This document shows, in pieces, positions 23,385 to 36,380 of a stretch of 64,000 nt of DNA. The DNA is taken from contig MU058636.1 in assembly GCA_013265495.1 (NCBI GenBank), forward strand, positions 2,418,001 through 2,482,000, written 5' to 3'. The notes under the pieces were generated by a model that saw only the letters and a list, made by a program, of their open reading frames with translations, made no database searches and was not told where the DNA came from. The first letter of the stretch is position 1, and the number at the start of each line of letters is the position of its first letter. The stretch comes from Vicugna vicugna (lineage: Eukaryota). Position numbers and translations under genes: made by a program.

Positions 23385-25804
23385 CATGAAGGAGAGTCCT
23401 GAACGGGAGGGGATGCTGGAGTTACGATGTGCACTGAGGACCGGGGTTATGTGTTTACGTAACCACACAGACCTGAACTAGTTTGTTAATGAAACGACAT
23501 TTTTAAGCCCTTGTGGGAACCACGTGAGAGAGGATCATGGGAAAATGTCAACTAAGTTTTTGAGGTCTGCCAATCCGGGACAGCTTTGTCTTCTAAGTTT
23601 AATTTAAAGGAACAGTAACACTGCGTGATAACCAAAATGCATGAAAGAATTAGATTGGAGACACTTGGCTAATTGTAAATTCTAAGATGCTTCTCAGTTC
23701 ACTCGAGCATTTTAATATCACCCAGCACGTACAGATACCCTCTGAGCCTATCAAGTGAAAAGCTTTGTGTGTCCTTTCCTTTTTTTCTCTCTCTTCTGAA
23801 GAAATTAAATTATCTGGGCAGGTTGATCTCCACAGACTATTATAAACGTGCAAACAATATGCCACTTAACGGGGGATTTTTTAATAAACTGTTGGAAGAA
23901 TTCATGTTTTCTTCTGCTTCATGCAAAAGCCGTTCTTGTTACGCCTTCAGAAAACAAAGCAGTCTTTCCTTTATAAGGAAGATGCACACTTAACAAGACC
24001 AATGGGTTTTAACAGGAGAAGGGTATTAGGACTCATTGTCTTCCTGAAAGGCAGATGTAGCAATACCGTTAGTCCGCAAAGCTCCTGGCTCTGTGGCACG
24101 TCACCCGTGCCTCGTGGGCGACGCCCCCTTCCACTTCCCGCTACAGTTACTCACGAGCATGTGTTGTTTCCTCACTGGACACGGTGCATTTTCAGTGGCA
24201 GGAACCATGTCTCATTCACTCCCAGCATTTATTTGACAAAAGGGCTGGCTCGGGAAATACTTGGTGAACGGAGACCTTGTCCCAGCAAAGCACAGAGGGT
24301 TGGATCCGCTGTTGGTTGTTCTGATTGGTTGAGATGGGAACCGTGTGGATGTGTTCATGTCCCTTGTAGGTCCTGGTTGAACCTTGGCCCTGCCCTGTAT
24401 TGAGGATGCCAAGAGAAACCTGGCCGACGGTCACCTAAGGTGACTTTCTCAGTAAAGTAGGAATATATTTGAAACAGGCATGCATGGTTTGGGGTTTCTG
24501 CTGATAAAGTCAGTATCGCTTGAATTTTCTGGTGGCGCTTGTCGGATTTTGGTTCTCCTTGTCGGATTTGAGTGCAAGGGAGCAGGTGGGGTTGAGGATG
24601 GAACTTCTGGTCTCACCTCTCAGAGGGAAGAGACGAGGGGGCATAGGAGCTCCGAGAGGAAGGAGGGACAGTGGCTGGTGAGTGGTCCAAAGGAAGAGGT
24701 TGCCCGGCCAAGACGGAGTCAGGAGGGGCGCCCCGTGGGGGACCAGGGGTAGATCAGGTTCGAGAGCACAGAGAGTGATTTTGGAGACTTTCAAGACTTC
24801 TTTCCATCTTGTCACTCTCCCCGTTTATTATTTACACCACGTCTCCTGTCTCATGGCTGCTCAGGCAGATGACGAGGACTTGAGGAGAAACTGCGGGGGG
24901 GTTGCAGGGCAGGCTTCCTTTCCTTCCACACGAGGCCTGATTCCTCCATCTGAGTCCCTCCGTCTTCCCTTTCATCCTTGGCATTTTCAACACCTGCCAG
25001 AGCCCTCTCCCCCAGGGGCACCGTCCGAGGAACCCAGCAGCAGCCCTGAAGGTTGATGCCCTCTTGGAGTCATGCTCTCTAATGCCAGCTGGGCCTCGTG
25101 TGGCTCCGGCGTCTGGGCGTCCAGCGTCTGCAAAACTGGGCCTGCCCACGTGCCAGGGGCTGGCATTTACCCGGCTTCGGTCTTTGCCAGGCCGAGCCCT
25201 CGTGTTCTCTGACCTCCCCGCGTGTTCACTTACAGGCGAACACCCGGATTCCTCAGCAGAAACACAGGGCTCCTCGCACACGCCCTGGTTCCACGTTTCT
25301 TTCGCACTTCCAGGTGCTTGCTCCTTTTTTAGTTTAGGTACTTTAGTTTATTTATTGGATACTTGACTTGTAATATTTACTATGCTAGGTTTTAAGAACT
25401 TAAAAAGGAACAAAATTTGGTTTCTGCCTTCCAAGAATTTACAGTCTAATGAGATAGCCCAATATGTAAACAATAGCAGAAGAGTGGTTTAAAGGAACAT
25501 CACAGGGGAAGCACTGATCCTGCGTTCTCCATCCTTTCTAAGCCACTTGCAGTTAGTAACGTCTGGGGGTCAGTCAGTATTGGTTTGATCCTGGTGCTTT
25601 TTATCTGCAGGACCGTGTGACAACAGCTGCTGTACTGAAAACTAATTTTAAGTACTACGAGAACTCTCATAGTCAAAAGACATTAAATCATACTTGGTTA
25701 ATCGCACCTAGGGTGGCAGGAAAAGAGACTAATATTTTGGAGATAAAGTCTTTTAAAATTTTTTTCTTTGTTTTGAGTTTTTTTTTTTCTACAATTTCAC
25801 ATTT

Positions 25805-25940
25805 TTATTTATTTATTTTGGGGGGTAGGTCATTAGGGTTTTTAAAATTTATATATTTTTAATGGAGGTGCTAGGAATTGAACCCAGGACCCCTGTGCAT
25901 GCTAGGCTCGCACTCTACCTCTGAGCTATACCCTCCCCCC
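25805..25940 (-). mobile_element. tRNA-Ala-derived SINE (Vic-1-like)
   Basis: tggaggtgctaggaattgaacccaggacc...ctgagctataccctcccccc, reverse complement of the SINE head. Confidence 0.9.
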
Positions 25941-26124
25941 GAGACGAATATTCCAGAAATTTTTTCAATTATGGGGCTGTGATTGTTGAGTTTAAAAGAA
26001 CATCAGATGAGCCAGAAGAGTCTTCCCGTAAGTGTTCCTGTTGCTGCCGCTTTGCAGCGTTCCAGCCCTTCCTTCGCATCAGTCCCTCTGCTGTGGATGA
26101 AGGAATGTTTTTGGCCTGAACGGG

Positions 26125-26340
26125 CCAGACCTCAGCGGTGGTGATTTTGCCATCTCTCCCGGGGAATGTCTGATGCGTCTGGATACGGCTTTGTTGTCAC
26201 ACCTGGGAACGTGATGTTGGCATCTAGTGGGTGGATAATGGCCAGGGATGCTGCCCCTCATTCTGTGATGCCCGGGCCGGTCCTCCACAAAGAGTTTTCT
26301 GACCCCCAACTGTCATTTGTGCCAAGTTTGAGAAGCTCTG
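26125..26340 (+). mobile_element. MER20 (hAT-Charlie)
   Basis: gtgattttgcc...ttgttgtcacacctggg...tggcatctagtgggt...ggccagggatgctgc...tgccaagtttgagaagctctg. Confidence 0.85.
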
Positions 26341-26879
26341 GTCTGGATAGATAGCCTGTATTTCTCGTGTTCACTAGACAGGTTTACAAGAGACCAAGTC
26401 AGATGTGCCCGTAATTATTTTAAAAAGATCGTTTTGAGCACCAGGGGGTTGGAGGGCTACGTGGGAGGTGGGAGAGAGGTAGTGACTTTTCACTGTTGGC
26501 CTCTTTTATTTTGACTTTTGCTGCATGTCTTTTTTTTTTGTAATAAGCTTTTTAAAATTAATTAATCCATCAGATGAATCATTTGATTATTGCTGAGCGT
26601 GTTTGGAGAACATTGTGAATGTGTCTCGTGTCTGGCACAGGCCCTGTGACACGCGGTCACTGTGCGTCTGTCGGGTGGAAGCTCAGAGGCAGAGGCTCCC
26701 GGAGACGGCAGCATTTTGTTTGTTTTCTATATGAGCTCGTCTGGCACAGTCACGTCCAGCTAAATGGAAAATGTGCTTCCAGAGTCTATGAAAGTCATTT
26801 CAAAGATCCAAAGAGAGTGTTAGGTCAGTAAAAATAAGACACCTGGCTCTCCAAGGGGAGAAGCTTTCGACTCTGGTAG

Positions 26880-27260
26880 CAGCTTGTTTGGAAAGCTGAA
26901 CAGGCGAAAACACGGCAGAAGTTCAGAGAAGCGCGCTCGGTCCAGAGCCACAGAGGACTGTGCCGCGGGCAAACAGCTGCCGCAGAGAGCGAAGGCCACA
27001 CACACCCAGGGCAGGAAACAAGCGGGCGCCATCGGAGCCCTGGGAGGGGAGAGGAGCAGCGGCGCCGGCTGGTGGCCCGCGCGGGCGGAGGGCGGAGGGC
27101 GCGGAGCGGCTCCCGGCGGCCCTCGCTCGGCCTCGAGGACGCTGCCGGGCGGGTTTGCCGGGAAGCGCTCTGCCCGGTTGCCCTCTCGCTGCGTTCCCCT
27201 GTGAGCGCGTTGCTCCAGCCGCGCTGCCCTCTTCTGCGCCCGCCTGCTGGCTCCCGCCTC
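26880..27260 (+). promoter_or_regulatory. Second CpG island; probable alternative promoter and first exon
   Basis: CpG-dense segment with tandem GC boxes gggcggagggcggagggcg (~27083-27101) and donor-like CCT|GTGAGC at 27200/27201. Confidence 0.7.
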
Positions 27261-28984
27261 CTGTCTGGGTGCTCCCTCCCCTCTGCCTTTGCGCTCTCTT
27301 TCACAAGGTCCAGCTCAGGTTCTGTGCCCTTTGTGAAACCCTCCCTACGTTTTTCTGCATCAGAAATCTTTACCCATCTGAGTTCTGCCTCCCTTGGCTC
27401 CTCCAAGTTCAGAGACAACTTACGGGCCTGGTTTATCGCCAGGGCTTCGGGAGCAGCCTTCAGGGCGTGGCGTGTGGAGCGTGAGTCCCAGGGAGGGGGG
27501 CAGGTAGACATAAGGAGAAAACCAGGAGGACCCACTCTCTAGAGACCACAGGTGTTTAGTAAAGTTAGCTGCAGAGAAATTCGTCTTTTCATGGTGGTTG
27601 AAACTGATGATAAGAACAAAAGAGCATCCCTTGTGGGTCCAGCAAGAGCCCATTGGACGAACGCCCACTAGGCAGAGGGTTCTGGCCAGAGTCTGCACAC
27701 AGCCCCCTGCCTGCTGGCTTACAGTCTGAGTGAAGGTTCTGACAGTCCCTACCCAGACAAAGGAGGGATGTGAAGGAAGGTGTATAGCTTGTCTGCAAAC
27801 TCCAGACCCAGAAGCAGTCAGAAATGTAACTGCCATCCTAACGTTAGGATGGGGTGGGTCCCTCTCTGTACAGGACCCCATCCTGGTTTTTGGATGCAGG
27901 TGCCAGACAGCCAGTGCTTGTTTTCTCGGGGTCCAGGTACAGCACAGGAGGTGCGCAGGTCTCTGGCTGTGCCTTGGTCTTGGCTGCAGGCTCAGGGAGA
28001 GACGACATGCTCCTTGCTCATTGGCTGGAGCCAAGCCCTCCTGCCACTCTCACCAGGGACCCTCTCCCCAGATTCAACCTGGAACTTTGGCAATATTGTG
28101 TAGAATTCCCAACAGCAGTGGGTATTTGATCAATTCTGTTTGCAAGAACAGTGTTAAAAACATAAGTTGCCCAGAGGGTATGCTTAACATTAAAGCGTCA
28201 AACAGCAGAAGGGAGAAGGGACTTGTGAATGTGAAGTTTAATTTTGCTACAGAGAACTTTCATTCTTTGTGTGGTGTTTCTCTAAACCACCCTGGAGGTG
28301 GATCTTTAGACAGCTGATTCATTTTACAGCAGAGCCTCAGACGGACCCATGGCAGTTACAGCCTCATGCTGGGTGTGCGGATGTCATTATGATACTCGTC
28401 CTCGTTCCAGACACTTGTTTCCCATGCATAGGAGACCACCACGTAGAGAAAATTTACCTTGATTTTTGTATTCAGAATATTCAGTTGACTGTTTACCATG
28501 GTTTCATTTATTTCTGGATGAAAATTTCCCTGTTTTGTGTGCAGCTGAGTGTATCTCTCAGTTGCCAGAGAGGAGCGAAATATCGCTATTAAATGCGGAT
28601 GATCATTTATGCGCAAGCTGAAATACATTCTGAAAAGGACGAAAGCTTTTTCTTGCCTGAAGCTTGTCTGTTGTGTGAGTCTGTGAGAGCTCCGCAGTGC
28701 CTCTGACGGCTGTTTCTATGCTGTGTTTTCCCCTGTGTCTTAACAGTAAGGTATGTTCCTGTTCGAGAAAAAACCTTTGCATGTATTGGCGTAGGAAGTA
28801 GAGAAAGGTGAGGAAACGTGTCTGGAGTGGACCAATGGGAAAGCAAAAACGCACAGCATTTATAGCGTTTGCATAATTTAAACGCAGGGCTAGAGCTTCT
28901 GCAAGAATCTGTCTCCCTTTCCCCCATCTTCCATTCACACTTCAATCTCCTGTAGTATGACTTCTGAGATTCTGATAGAATTCT

Positions 28985-29117
28985 TCTTTTTTTAAAAAAA
29001 TCCTTTTGTGGGGGGAAGTAATTAAATTTATTTACTTTTCAGGAGGAACTGGGGATTGAACCCAGGACCTTGCATATGCTAGGCATGCACTCTGCCACTG
29101 AGCTATATCCGCCCCCC
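28985..29117 (-). mobile_element. tRNA-Ala-derived SINE (Vic-1-like)
   Basis: ggaactggggattgaacccaggaccttgcatatgctaggcatgcactctgccactgagctatatcc. Confidence 0.9.
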
Positions 29118-30279
29118 TGCCAGAGTCTGAATTGTGTTTCTCAGTGCCGTCAGGTGAGCACGTGCATTTGCACATCAGTGTTGATGGAATTCATCTTAAA
29201 TGCCCAAGTGTGCCTGAAACTTTGGGGATGCTGATCTGCGGAGAAAGGAAGTTAGAGCACCTGCCCTCTTCCTTCTGAGCTCTTTTCTTCAGAGCATCAT
29301 CCCAGGTGCATCCTCGCTGGTTTGTCTGCCTCCCCAGCCTGAACATGGGCTCGGGGGAACGCCTCTTCCTCTGCTATTCTCCCGGCACCTGGAGGGGGAC
29401 TGGCACACGGGAGACGCTCGTTGACTCTGTTAGATGGCAGGTGACAAGGGTAACGGAGAGACGTGGTTTGGGGACAGTACTTGGGAGGTTTGTCCCCGGT
29501 GGCTTATGGAAAGGGAAGTTAAAGGTCTTCCAGGGCTTGAAGTATTTGGAAAGGTTAAAATTGTGTTTATTTCTGAGCAATGAAAAATGTACAGAATTTC
29601 TAAATTCTTTGGAAAAAACTTCCCTGCCAGCTGCCTGTGGACAGACAGCATCCGGTTACCTGAAGCGGGTTGGATGCTGTGTTGTAGTTCATGCCTCTGT
29701 GAAACGCTTTGCTGTTTTTGTACTTCCTTTGGATTCGACTGGAAGAGATTTTAAGTCAGAGAGTGGGAAAAGGAGGGAAGAGTTCAAAGTGTGGGTGTGG
29801 TGGGAGTGCAATTTTAAAGGGGGTTAAAAATCCCGTATAAAATATTTTCTAATTACGCGTTTGTTAAACCATCTGCAAGTGGACTTGACCATGGAAGCAG
29901 CAGCATGTTGACCACGAGGGCGATCGCTTGTCCGTTATGTTCCTCCAGGACACACGAGCCTCTCCTCTAGGGCAGCGGGGGGATGTGTCCAAAGTGGGTG
30001 CCATGGGGAGGCCCCTGAAATCCCCTTGGGGGTGGAGGATGAAGCAGAAATTAAGCCTTACAATATTTGGCTACAAGGACAGACGCAGGTAGCTTCACTT
30101 GGTTACCTGTCATGTTCTGAACTGAGGTGTCCTGAGGACGGAGTGGGAGGTCACGTCTGGGAGAAAAGAGTGACGCCTTCCCTCCCACCTCCGTCTCCTT
30201 CGCAGGGTTAAGTGGATTTGCAAGTTACATTATCTAGTTTTAACTAAACTAACCTTCACAAAATAGATAAGTGGCTTAA

Positions 30280-30381
30280 AAAACAGAGACTGACTTACCA
30301 CAATAAAAGTGTTAAAAAAAAAAGAAACTAATACAACATTGTAAATAAACATAGAAAAACAACCCAAAACAGAGACTGCCT
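30280..30381 (+). mobile_element. Tiny retrotransposed insert (70 nt) with L1 terminal sequence and 16-bp TSD
   Basis: TSD aaaacagagactgact / aaaacagagactgcct; insert contains agaaactaatacaacattgtaaat, matching the L1 3' ends at ~43120 and ~63280. Confidence 0.7.
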
Positions 30382-30749
30382 ATCCCACTAGCAAATGAAA
30401 GTGCAAATGAACATCAAGAAAATGGCAGAGTTGGTGTGGTTTCTGCTGCCCCTTGTAGGAGAAATTCCTTGGCCAAGTAAAAATAAAAGGCTAACCTAAG
30501 TGGATTGGACAAGAAGTTGGCCCCAAATTCAAAATCACCAAGATTATTTGAAATGCAGATTTTGAGCTGTGATTGTAACAATGCTTCTTGTCCTAACTGG
30601 GGAGTAGGTCTTGTATTAGTCACTGGTCTGAAAACATGTACATACAATTTATAAATGAACAATTGCAGCTGTGTTGGGGGAATGCGTGCTCAAAGCATCT
30701 TGCTGTTCAGGGTGTCCACTGGAGAAAGTTTAGTGCCCACTGCTCAAGT

Positions 30750-30900
30750 GTCCTGCTCTTCAAAAGTGTGGTCCCCCAGACATGGGGCCCTTTTAGACGT
30801 GAAGACTCTCAGGCCCCCATGTCAGACTTCCGGAATCAGAATCTGCATCTCGTAAGGCCCCCAGGTGGTTAGAAGGCGTATTATAGTTGGGGAAACGCTG
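30750..30900 (+). mobile_element. MER5A-like (hAT-Charlie)
   Basis: caaaagtgtggtccccc...ctcaggcccc...gaatcagaatctgcat...ggggaaacgctg. Confidence 0.7.
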
Positions 30901-30989
30901 CCTTAGGACGTGTTCTGTAACACACTGCTTCTGTGCTTTTGACATCAGGGACTGATTCCCCCACCCAAGAAACCGTGGCATTAAACAAG

Positions 30990-31125
30990 TTTGGTTTTGA
31001 ATCTTCCTTCTATCACCTGCAAACTTGAGCTTCGGCAGCTCACTGAATGTCTGAGACCCTGTCCCACATCTGTAAAGCAGAGATCGTGGTATCTGCCTCC
31101 TGGGTGTGTGTTAGGACTGCACGGA
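30990..31125 (+). mobile_element. MIR fragment
   Basis: ttgaatc...catctgtaaagcagagatcgtggtatctgcctcctggg...gttaggact. Confidence 0.55.
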
Positions 31126-31243
31126 TGTGAAGCAGAAGGAGGAGGCGGTAGGTGACCACTGGGTCCAGTCCTTCCTTCTCCTCTCGCCCGGGTTAGTCCG
31201 TGAGCCCACAGACTGGGGGGCAGCTTCCCTTTCTATTTCAGAG

Positions 31244-31442
31244 CAGAGGTCTTTAAACTTCTTGCTCAGGTACCTCCTAAAGGAGTTTTGAAAGATCACA
31301 CATACCTTCACACTTTTTAAAGTTAGCATCGACAAAGTTCATCACAAGTTTAAAGAGTTGCACAGTAATCTCAGTGTTATTGTGAACATTGACAATTTAA
31401 AGTAAAACTAGTTATATCACTTTTCAGTCTAGCCAATGGAAT
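31244..31442 (+). mobile_element. MER113-like (hAT-Charlie) 5' part
   Basis: cagaggtctttaaacttcttgctcaggtacctcctaaaggagttttgaaag...catcacaagtttaaagagttgca...ccaatggaat. Confidence 0.7.
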
Positions 31443-32689
31443 AAAAGCCCAGGAGGAGGTTGTGGAGTGGGAGGAGCCCCCCTTGAACTTGGGTGGTGTC
31501 TCCCCTTGAATGGGCGGTACTCGTGGCAGTGCCTTCTTCTTCCTGGGGTGCTGCTCCCGGGCCCTGCTCACCCCGCCCTCCCTTGGTCCCGTCGGCAGGG
31601 GGCTGGTGTGACCTCCAGCATTTGCCCCTCTGTCTGGCTGCTTGGTTCCCAGGTGGTTTCTCAGCTCTTCACTTACTGTGTGGCCAGTTCCCTGCGTTAA
31701 TTCCTCCGTGGCAAATCTTCAAGTGGATGCTGCCTTCCCAGTGAGAGTCTGACTGGTGCTCCAGCCTTTATCTATATACTGATATTTGGAATCATCCCAT
31801 TGTCACTGAAAGATTTTAAAGCCTGGAGAAAGATTCAGGATGTGAAGGGTGTGCTTTTCTTTAAAAACCTGCAAGAGGAGCAGATATGAGGAGGAAAGAT
31901 GCTCCCAGGCAGAAGGATTTGGGGACAAACTACAAATAACAGACCAGGATATATAAACTGATTCCCTTAAAATGAGCACTTGCAAAGCCTCTGGCTGCCC
32001 TAGTTTGAAGATGGCGAAGTCAGGCACATGGTACACATTGCAGGCACATGAAATGCTGCGTGTGTCCAAAAGCCCCAGATGTCCGGGAAGTCTTCTGCTG
32101 CAGTAATGGGGCTCCAGCTCAGGCCAGCTCAGGGAGCTGCGTGCTGAGTCTGACGCATCCTGGGGCCGCAGCTCACAGCTGGCCGGACTGGGCATCTCCC
32201 AGGGCCGGCCCTCACGGAGCAGATGGGTCCACCGGAAGAGCGGGCAGCAGGCAGGCGGCCCAAGTGACAGTGCCGTCCGCAGGAAGCGGGCTGCTCTTCC
32301 CATGGCGCCAGCAGCGGTGCTGACGTTTGCTGCCCGAGCATCTGCTGCCTGGCTCTGGAACGCCGCCACTTATCTGGGGAAATCTCTTTGACAAATTTGT
32401 TTACAGAATATCAAGTGCATTTATTGGCTGGCCAGCTAATCTGGAAATAGCCTCAGGAAGAATTATAAAACAACCGCTTTCCCTGGTTCCCTGGCCGGAG
32501 CACAGAGTCCTTTCCATCCTCCCCCAGCCCAGCCAAGGGCACTAGTTAGCATCTCTGCCTTTTGCTGCGACTTTGTTAAGTTGCAAATATAACCTGAACT
32601 TTAATCCATATTAAAATGGAATGAGAGGGATAGAATTAAAAATGCCAACAGCAACAGCCACCAAACACAGAAACAACACCCCAAACCAA

Positions 32690-32940
32690 AAGAGGTGCTG
32701 AGAGACCTATCGTGTCCAGAGTGCGAGCCGGGCGGGGCTGGGTCCAGACCCAGTGGTCATGTTCTCCAAGTACCGACCTCTCACTGTCAGCTTATCAGGT
32801 GGATGTTGTCACTGAGTCCGTTTTATCGGCGGGGAAGCGAGACGCATGCAAAGCCACCTGCCCAGAGCCACACAGTAGGAAGAGGCAGGGCTGAATTTGA
32901 ACCATGTGTCCAGGTCCAGAACACAGCTTCTGAGCCACTG
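32690..32940 (-). mobile_element. MIR
   Basis: ccgttttatcggcggggaagcgagacgca...cctgcccagagccacacagtaggaagaggcagggctgaatttgaacc. Confidence 0.7.
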
Positions 32941-33759
32941 AAACGAAACACCTGAGCTCGTTGGCCACCGACTCTCTCAGGAGATGTTGACGGTTCCCGA
33001 GGGGGCTGGGTACCCTTCACCTGGCCCACCTGGGAAGGGAGGGCCTTGGTGCTGAGTGTGTTGAGACCAGGGTAAATTTAATCTCTAGCAACTAACACTG
33101 TGCCGCAGAGCCACCCTGGGTATGGAGTCGGCAGTTTCTTCTAAGGGGATGTCGAACGACCTGAGAAGATTTGGGAAGATAACAGTTCTGAAAGACAAAG
33201 GCAGATCTCCTGAAACTTAGAAATGTGACCTTCTGACGAGTGATTCTTCTTTTTACAAACTCAAAAGATTAAAGTCATACAAACTTTCTGGAGGGATTAA
33301 AGATCAGAGATCAGTTTTTAGGGAACTGTCACATGGGAAATGGGCCAGAAAGACAAGAACAAAGTTGGCTCTTGAAAGGGAAGGCGGAGAGTCAGAAATG
33401 CTGACGGGAGGGGCAGCCAGGCAGCGGGAGGGCTTCGACTGACCCCAGGCGGCCGCGGGAACCGGGAGGAGGCTGCCTTTTGGGAAAGTGGGAAATAATT
33501 TTGAAAGTCAAACTATAGAACTGCCTTTTCAAGTTTTTTTAATGAATAAAGAAAGAATGAAAATGCATTTGACACAGTGATGTGGAAGCAACAGTGACAA
33601 ACTTGTAGTGGAGCTTTGATGATCAGCATCCAGGAGGGCATTTAGGGGGTGAGAAAACATGAACACACGGGATGGGGAGATGCCTCCTTGCGTTCAAGTT
33701 TGCACGGAGTCGAACCTTCTCATTTCCCTTTGGTGTATGCAGTGTTGGTCATCACCATT

Positions 33760-33880
33760 CACCCATCCATCCATCCATCGTTTGCATAAATACCTTAGAG
33801 CCCCTGCTATGTGCCAGGCCGGCTAGGACACTCAGGACTGTGGAGAACAAAGCCACACGTGGCCTCCACTGTGTTAATGC
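33760..33880 (-). mobile_element. L2 3' end fragment
   Basis: catccatccatcc...aaataccttagagcccctgctatgtgccaggc. Confidence 0.6.
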
Positions 33881-35004
33881 CATTAAATAGTCCTAGTGTA
33901 TACAGTTACAGCAGCGCTAAGCAGAATGCTGGAGAGCCCTGTGCTCCGGAGGTGGGTGGATCCCACCTAATCAAAGTACGAGGAGAAGACGCGGTCGAGT
34001 GAAGCTGTGCTGTTCCCCTGGGAGGCAGGACTCACGTCTTCCCCGAGGTTGGAATGCTTTTCAGGAAGGGTCCTCAAATGAAGTTATCCAGGGGTCCAGG
34101 GCCTTTTCTACCTTGTGTCATTTTTACGTTTATACCAGGTCAATTATTCTGGGTTGCAGCTTGGAAATTAAACCCATGGTAAAGGCAGCAACAACTGAAT
34201 TGCAGATTTGCCCTTTTCATTGACCCGTTGTTTAAGGGATACTAAGACCAGCATTTGCGGAGCAAGTCACAGTTAGCTGAGTGCTTCATGTGGCTGTGGA
34301 AACTTGTGTCTCTGCTTTGTCCCAGTCTTCCTTCCGCCATTCTTTGTCCACCTTCTTCCGAGCTCGATCGGACAGGCAGGCCCCTTATTCTCATCCCCAG
34401 CAACATCAAATGCATTTTGAAGATTTGCTGCATTGGAGATTAAAAACAAAGTTATAATGTGTGCCCACCCCTGCCCCCCAAACTTAACATCTCGAGAGGG
34501 GGATGGATACTTGCAGATAGCACGTGTTCTGTTCTCCCAGGGCGGGCACGAGGGTTATCAGCGTGAGGCGGGAACCCCTGCCTCTGAATGTGGGGTGGAG
34601 ATGAGTGGGGAGTGGGCTTTTCTGCAAAATTTTGAAGACTGGGTAAGAGTGAGTTCGAAAAGGACGGTGGGGGCGGGGGCAGGTTGAGAGAGGGTGAGCT
34701 TTGCTGGAGGAGGAGGTGGGGAAGCTCCAGGGGAAGCCAGGCCTTCCAGTTCCGCCTCCAGGGCTCATTCCCTGAGCTCAGCTGCATTCACGTGGGGGAG
34801 GGGAAGGGAGAAGGCAGGAGAAGGTGCAGGCAGCAGGAGGCGAGAAGGCTGTAAATTGGCATTAAGAGGCGGCAGGTATGAGGGAACAGGCTAACTTTTG
34901 GGGAGGAGGGAACAGATAATCATAGGTGTTTTTTTAGTTTTAGGTATGGATGTTGAAAGTTACCATGTCTTTGTAGTTTCATCATTTACTTTTTTCTGTT
35001 TTTA

Positions 35005-35154
35005 ATTTCTTTTTTTTTGGTGGGGGAGGTAATTGGGTTTGTTTATTTATTTGTAGTTTTTATTTGCTTTTTTTTTCATGGAGGCACTGGGGACTGAACC
35101 CAGGACCTTGGGCATGCCAGGCACGCGCTCTACCACTGAGCTCTACCCTCCCCC
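35005..35154 (-). mobile_element. tRNA-Ala-derived SINE (Vic-1-like)
   Basis: gggggaggtaattgggttt...ggaggcactggggactgaacccaggacc...ctgagctctaccctccccc. Confidence 0.9.
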
Positions 35155-36248
35155 ACTGTAGGTGATTTTTTTAAGGTGTCAGTTTTGAAGCCAGTGCAGA
35201 GCTAAGTCCTGTGCAATCACCACGCTTGCCCTTGGCACCAACACTGTGAATGAGGTGTCACTGCCTCCATGTGACATCAGGAGAAGCTGTGGTCCAGCGG
35301 AGGTGGAACCAGTGTGGACTCCCCCTGGCTTGCTGTGATTCCACGGTCAGGCCTGTGAGGCTTGAGGGAGGCCCGCGAGCTGCTGGTGGCGTTGCCCTGG
35401 GCCGGGCATCTGCAGACAGTCCCTGGGGTTGTCTGGCCTGGCTGGGGTCTTTGGAGACATAATGAACAAAAGGACCTTGGGGCCGGCTTAGGGGCCTCAT
35501 CCCTCCAGGAGACTCATTTCTATGGAAGAACGTGTTTATAGACCCATTTGTAAGCTGGGCCAGCCTGGGTGATGCTTTGCTTTCCAGGACTCAGGGTGCC
35601 TTAGGCAAGTGCTGGCTTCCTTACATGCTTCCAGCTGCCAGCTTTCAAACTATAGTCGTTAAGGCTTTACTGCAGTGCCACTCACTGTAACTTGGGGTCC
35701 AAGTAGCTGCTATTAAACTTAACTAGCAGGGTAAAACCTTATTTTCATGAAACATACTGACTTTTTAAAGGCATGGGGTAAATCATCCTGTAACTGATTT
35801 AAGAAAGACTATGTTTAGTTAAGGATCTTTGCAGAGCAGTACATCACACTGAGAGCAGAGTTCTAGTGCGGGGAATGCGTATGTTACTCAGGAATAGCAT
35901 CTCTGTAGGGAAATAGCCCACTGGTCACGTGGCGGGGGGGCACACGCCTTCCTGGTCCCCCGTTTCCCCCAGAGCTCGGTAAGAGGCGGACTGTGGGGTT
36001 TGATTTCAGAATTAATCCAACTGATCAATAAACTTCATTCTGCCTACTTGTGTCGTAAAACCTTGAGCCTGGGGAGGCAGCAGGAGGGGGAAGGATTTGA
36101 ATTGCATTTAGTGGTGAGCCGTTAGACAGAGCGGCGGATATCTCTGACAAGCTGGATTTAGAATTTGCGCAGTTGCTGTTTGCTACGCTGTTCTGCCATC
36201 TGTAAGGAAAGCTCCCGTTCGGAGATATAATCAAAATAATATTTCTAG

Positions 36249-36380
36249 GGGGGAGGGGATAGCCCAGCGGTGGAGCATGGCCTTCTCATGCCCGAGGTCC
36301 TGGGTTCAATCCCCAGTACCTCCACTAAAACAAACAAACCCAATTATCTCCCCACCCCCCCCAAAGAATTAAAAAAAAAT
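36249..36380 (+). mobile_element. tRNA-Ala-derived SINE (Vic-1-like)
   Basis: gggggaggggatagcccagcggtggagc...gaggtcctgggttcaatccccagtacctcca; degenerate TSD aatatttctag/aatactcctag. Confidence 0.9.

Noticed and set aside
26825..27542. 236-aa, 174-aa and 156-aa ORFs at the second CpG island
   Set aside because: Low-complexity Arg/Pro/Ala translations in several frames, typical of CpG islands.
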